A stretch of DNA of 54,733 bases from an uncultured Actinomycetes bacterium (GTDB taxonomy: Bacteria; Actinomycetota; Actinomycetes; S36-B12), in contig CAJXNV010000002.1 of the NCBI GenBank assembly GCA_913057155.1, forward strand, positions 1-54,733, given 5' to 3'. Within the stretch, counting starts at the first letter, position 1. Each line of letters begins with the position of its first letter. Below are positions 52,615 to 54,733 of the stretch, piece after piece. Under the pieces are notes generated by a model that did no database searches, was not told the origin of the DNA, and worked only from the letters and a program-made list of their open reading frames with translations. The position numbers and the translations under genes are program-made.

Positions 52615-53204
52615 GACGCCAGCACCGTTTCCCAAGCACGTTCGACTTGGCGCCTCGTGTCGGTGAGATCACCTGCATTGTCGATGACGATGTCCGCGGC
52701 GGCGAGGCGATCCGAGCGCATCGCCTGACGCTGCATCCGCTCGCGCACATCCGCTTCATCGAGACCCCGGGCGACGGCGCGCTGCACCTGCACACTCTCC
52801 GGGACGTCCACCACGACCACCACGTCAACCAAGGACACCTGCCCCGTCTCGACCAGCAGCGGCATTTCGTAGACCACCACACCGGCGGGCGAAGCGGCTT
52901 CACCGTCGACGATCTCCACCTCCGCCAACTCGCGGATCGCCGGATGGGTGATCTCGTTCAAGTGCCGGGTCCCACGTTCGGTGGCGAAGGCACGACGCGC
53001 CAGTTCGCCGCGTCGCAACGTCCCGTCGGCTTCCAGGATGTCCTCGCCGAACTCCTCCACCAGCCGGGCGAGTACCGGGGAACCGGGTTCGACGATGCGC
53101 CGGGCGATGGCGTCGGCGTCGACGACGACCGCTCCCAAGTCGGCGAACATGGCCGCCACCGTGGACTTACCCGAACCGATCCCCCCGGTCAGGCCCACGC
53201 GCAC
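52611..53204 (-). CDS. coaE: dephospho-CoA kinase
   Basis: [13 protein letters not shown]-loop at the N-terminus; 197 aa; GTG start. Confidence 0.93.
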   Translation of the reverse strand: MRVGLTGGIGSGKSTVAAMFADLGAVVVDADAIARRIVEPGSPVLARLVEEFGEDILEADGTLRRGELARRAFATERGTRHLNEITHPAIRELAEVEIVDGEAASPAGVVVYEMPLLVETGQVSLVDVVVVVDVPESVQVQRAVARGLDEADVRERMQRQAMRSDRLAAADIVIDNAGDLTDTRRQVERAWETVLAS

Positions 53205-53212
53205 CGTGGTCG

Positions 53213-54670
53213 CTACTCGGTGGTGAGCTTGTCGCGCAGTGCCTGCAGCGCCTCGTCCGACGCCAGCGAACTCTCGTCCTCACCGGTGTCCGATGAGTAG
53301 GAGGTCGCTTCGCCGCTCTCGACGGCCGCGGCCTGATCGGCTTCCTGGGCTTCGCTCATCTGCTTGCGGTGGGCTTCCCAGCGGGCATGGGCCTCGGCGT
53401 ACTCCTGCTCCCACGCGGCGCGCTGCTCTTCGAAGCCGACCTTCCATTCGCCGGTCTCGGGATCGAAGCCCTCCGGGCCGATGTAGTTGCCGGCCTCGTC
53501 GAATGCGGGCGCCATTCCGTACAGATACGGATCGAACTCCTCCGATCCTTGGGTATCGGCGGAATCGTTGGCCTGCTTCAGCGACAACGAGATACGACGA
53601 CGCTCGAGATCGATGTCGATGACCTTGACGAACAACTCATCGCCCACCTGGACGATCTGCTCGGGCAGTTCGATGTGCCGCTCGGCGAGCTCGGAGATGT
53701 GCACCAGGCCCTCGATGCCCTCCTCGACGCGCACGAACGCACCGAAGGGAACCAACTTGGTGACCTTGCCGGGCACCACCTGGTTGAGCTGGTGGGTGCG
53801 GGCGAAGTGCTGCCACGGATCCTCTTGCGTGGCCTTCAGCGACAGCGAGACCCGCTCGCGGTCCATGTCCACGTCGAGCACCTCGACGGTGACCTCCTGG
53901 CCGACCTCGACGACCTCCGACGGGTGGTCGATGTGCTTCCAGGACAGTTCCGACACGTGCACCAGGCCGTCGACGCCACCGAGGTCGACGAAGGCACCGA
54001 AGTTCACGATGCTCGATACGACGCCGGAACGGATCTGGCCCTTTTGCAGTTGGGTCAAGAAGGTCTGGCGAACCTCGGACTGCGTCTGCTCCAACCAGGC
54101 GCGACGCGAGAGCACGACGTTGTTGCGGTTCTTGTCGAGTTCGATGATCTTGGCCTCGAGGGTCTTGCCGACGTAGGGCTGCAGGTCGCGCACCCGACGC
54201 ATCTCGACCAACGATGCCGGCAGGAAGCCCCGCAGGCCGATGTCCAGGATCAAACCGCCCTTGACGACCTCGATCACCTGGCCCTCGACAACACCGTCCT
54301 CCTCCTTGACCTTCTCGATCGTGCCCCAGGCGCGCTCGTACTGGGCGCGCTTCTTGGACAGGATCAGCCGGCCTTCCTTGTCCTCCTTCTGCAGGACGAG
54401 GGCCTCGACTGCATCGCCGACCCCGACGACCTCGCTGGGATCGACATCGTGCTTGATGGAAAGTTCGCGGGACGGGATGACGCCCTCTGTCTTGTAGCCG
54501 ATGTCGAGCAGCACTTCGTCGCGGTCCACCTTCACGATGGTTCCTTCGACGATGTCGCCGTCGTTGAAGTATTTGATCGTCTCGTCGATCGCAGCGAGGA
54601 AGTCCTCGGCGGAGCCGATGTCGTTGACGGCTACTTGGGTGGGGCTGGTGTCAGTCGTAGGAACGGTCAT
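53213..54670 (-). CDS. rpsA: 30S ribosomal protein S1
   Basis: 485 aa with four S1/OB repeats (e.g. GTIVKVDRDEVLLDIGYKTEGVIP, GQVIEVVKGGLILDIGLRGFLP, GVVSSIVNFGAFVDLGGVDGLVHVSE, GKVTKLVPFGAFVRVEEGIEGLVHISE). Confidence 0.97.
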   Translation of the reverse strand: MTVPTTDTSPTQVAVNDIGSAEDFLAAIDETIKYFNDGDIVEGTIVKVDRDEVLLDIGYKTEGVIPSRELSIKHDVDPSEVVGVGDAVEALVLQKEDKEGRLILSKKRAQYERAWGTIEKVKEEDGVVEGQVIEVVKGGLILDIGLRGFLPASLVEMRRVRDLQPYVGKTLEAKIIELDKNRNNVVLSRRAWLEQTQSEVRQTFLTQLQKGQIRSGVVSSIVNFGAFVDLGGVDGLVHVSELSWKHIDHPSEVVEVGQEVTVEVLDVDMDRERVSLSLKATQEDPWQHFARTHQLNQVVPGKVTKLVPFGAFVRVEEGIEGLVHISELAERHIELPEQIVQVGDELFVKVIDIDLERRRISLSLKQANDSADTQGSEEFDPYLYGMAPAFDEAGNYIGPEGFDPETGEWKVGFEEQRAAWEQEYAEAHARWEAHRKQMSEAQEADQAAAVESGEATSYSSDTGEDESSLASDEALQALRDKLTTE

Positions 54671-54733
54671 GTAGTGGGGAATCCGATGCGTCGTAGTTCG
54701 ATCCAGCGGTCGCTGGGCCCCACAAGCGTACGG

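Overview
This is a high-GC actinobacterial chromosomal backbone that is almost entirely coding. I call 55 protein genes, one tandem glycine riboswitch, a few hairpins and promoter-like elements, and three short tandem duplications. I saw no rRNA, tRNA, CRISPR array, transposase, integrase or phage gene. The genes form a chain of conserved housekeeping blocks, in window order: (1) riboswitch-gcvP; (2) MerR / bifunctional nuclease / FtsR-like MerR / FHA protein (OdhI-GarA position) / gcvH / CDP-alcohol phosphatidyltransferase; (3) an unknown membrane protein, an FeS-type cryptochrome-photolyase and an orphan ABC ATPase; (4) serB; (5) TMEM175-like channel, fabG, inhA and a SixA-like phosphatase; (6) dodecin, DUF3099, SURF1; (7) ABC exporter, enoyl-CoA hydratase, ABC-F; (8) sufR-sufB-sufD-Rieske-sufC-sufS-sufU-sufT; (9) ABC-2 exporter, ctaA, ctaB; (10) tkt-tal-zwf-opcA; (11) rbpA; (12) gap-pgk-tpiA-secG; (13) uvrC-rapZ-yvcK-whiA; (14) an exported Rieske lipoprotein; (15) uvrA, an MBL hydrolase, a K+ channel, uvrB, coaE, rpsA. 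From memory, the order parallels M. tuberculosis Rv1420-Rv1484, Rv1822-Rv1832 and Rv1630-Rv1638. Many ORF-track entries are N-terminally over-extended or are antisense GC artefacts. The track also prints M for GTG/TTG starts. I trimmed starts using stop/start overlaps (ATGA/GTGA/TTGA), SD motifs and a recurrent TANNNT-N6-GTG/ATG leaderless-type signature. Verdict: I do not see a convincing new multi-gene system here (no defence island, biosynthetic cluster or mobile element). The best leads are all modest: a zinc-ribbon FHA variant lacking the ETTS phospho-switch; an FeS-photolyase plus unknown membrane protein inside a housekeeping operon; an exported Rieske lipoprotein with its own leaderless-type promoter between uvrA and uvrC; a CAAC-N6-GTTG palindrome embedded in the sufR promoter; and absence of pgl downstream of opcA.
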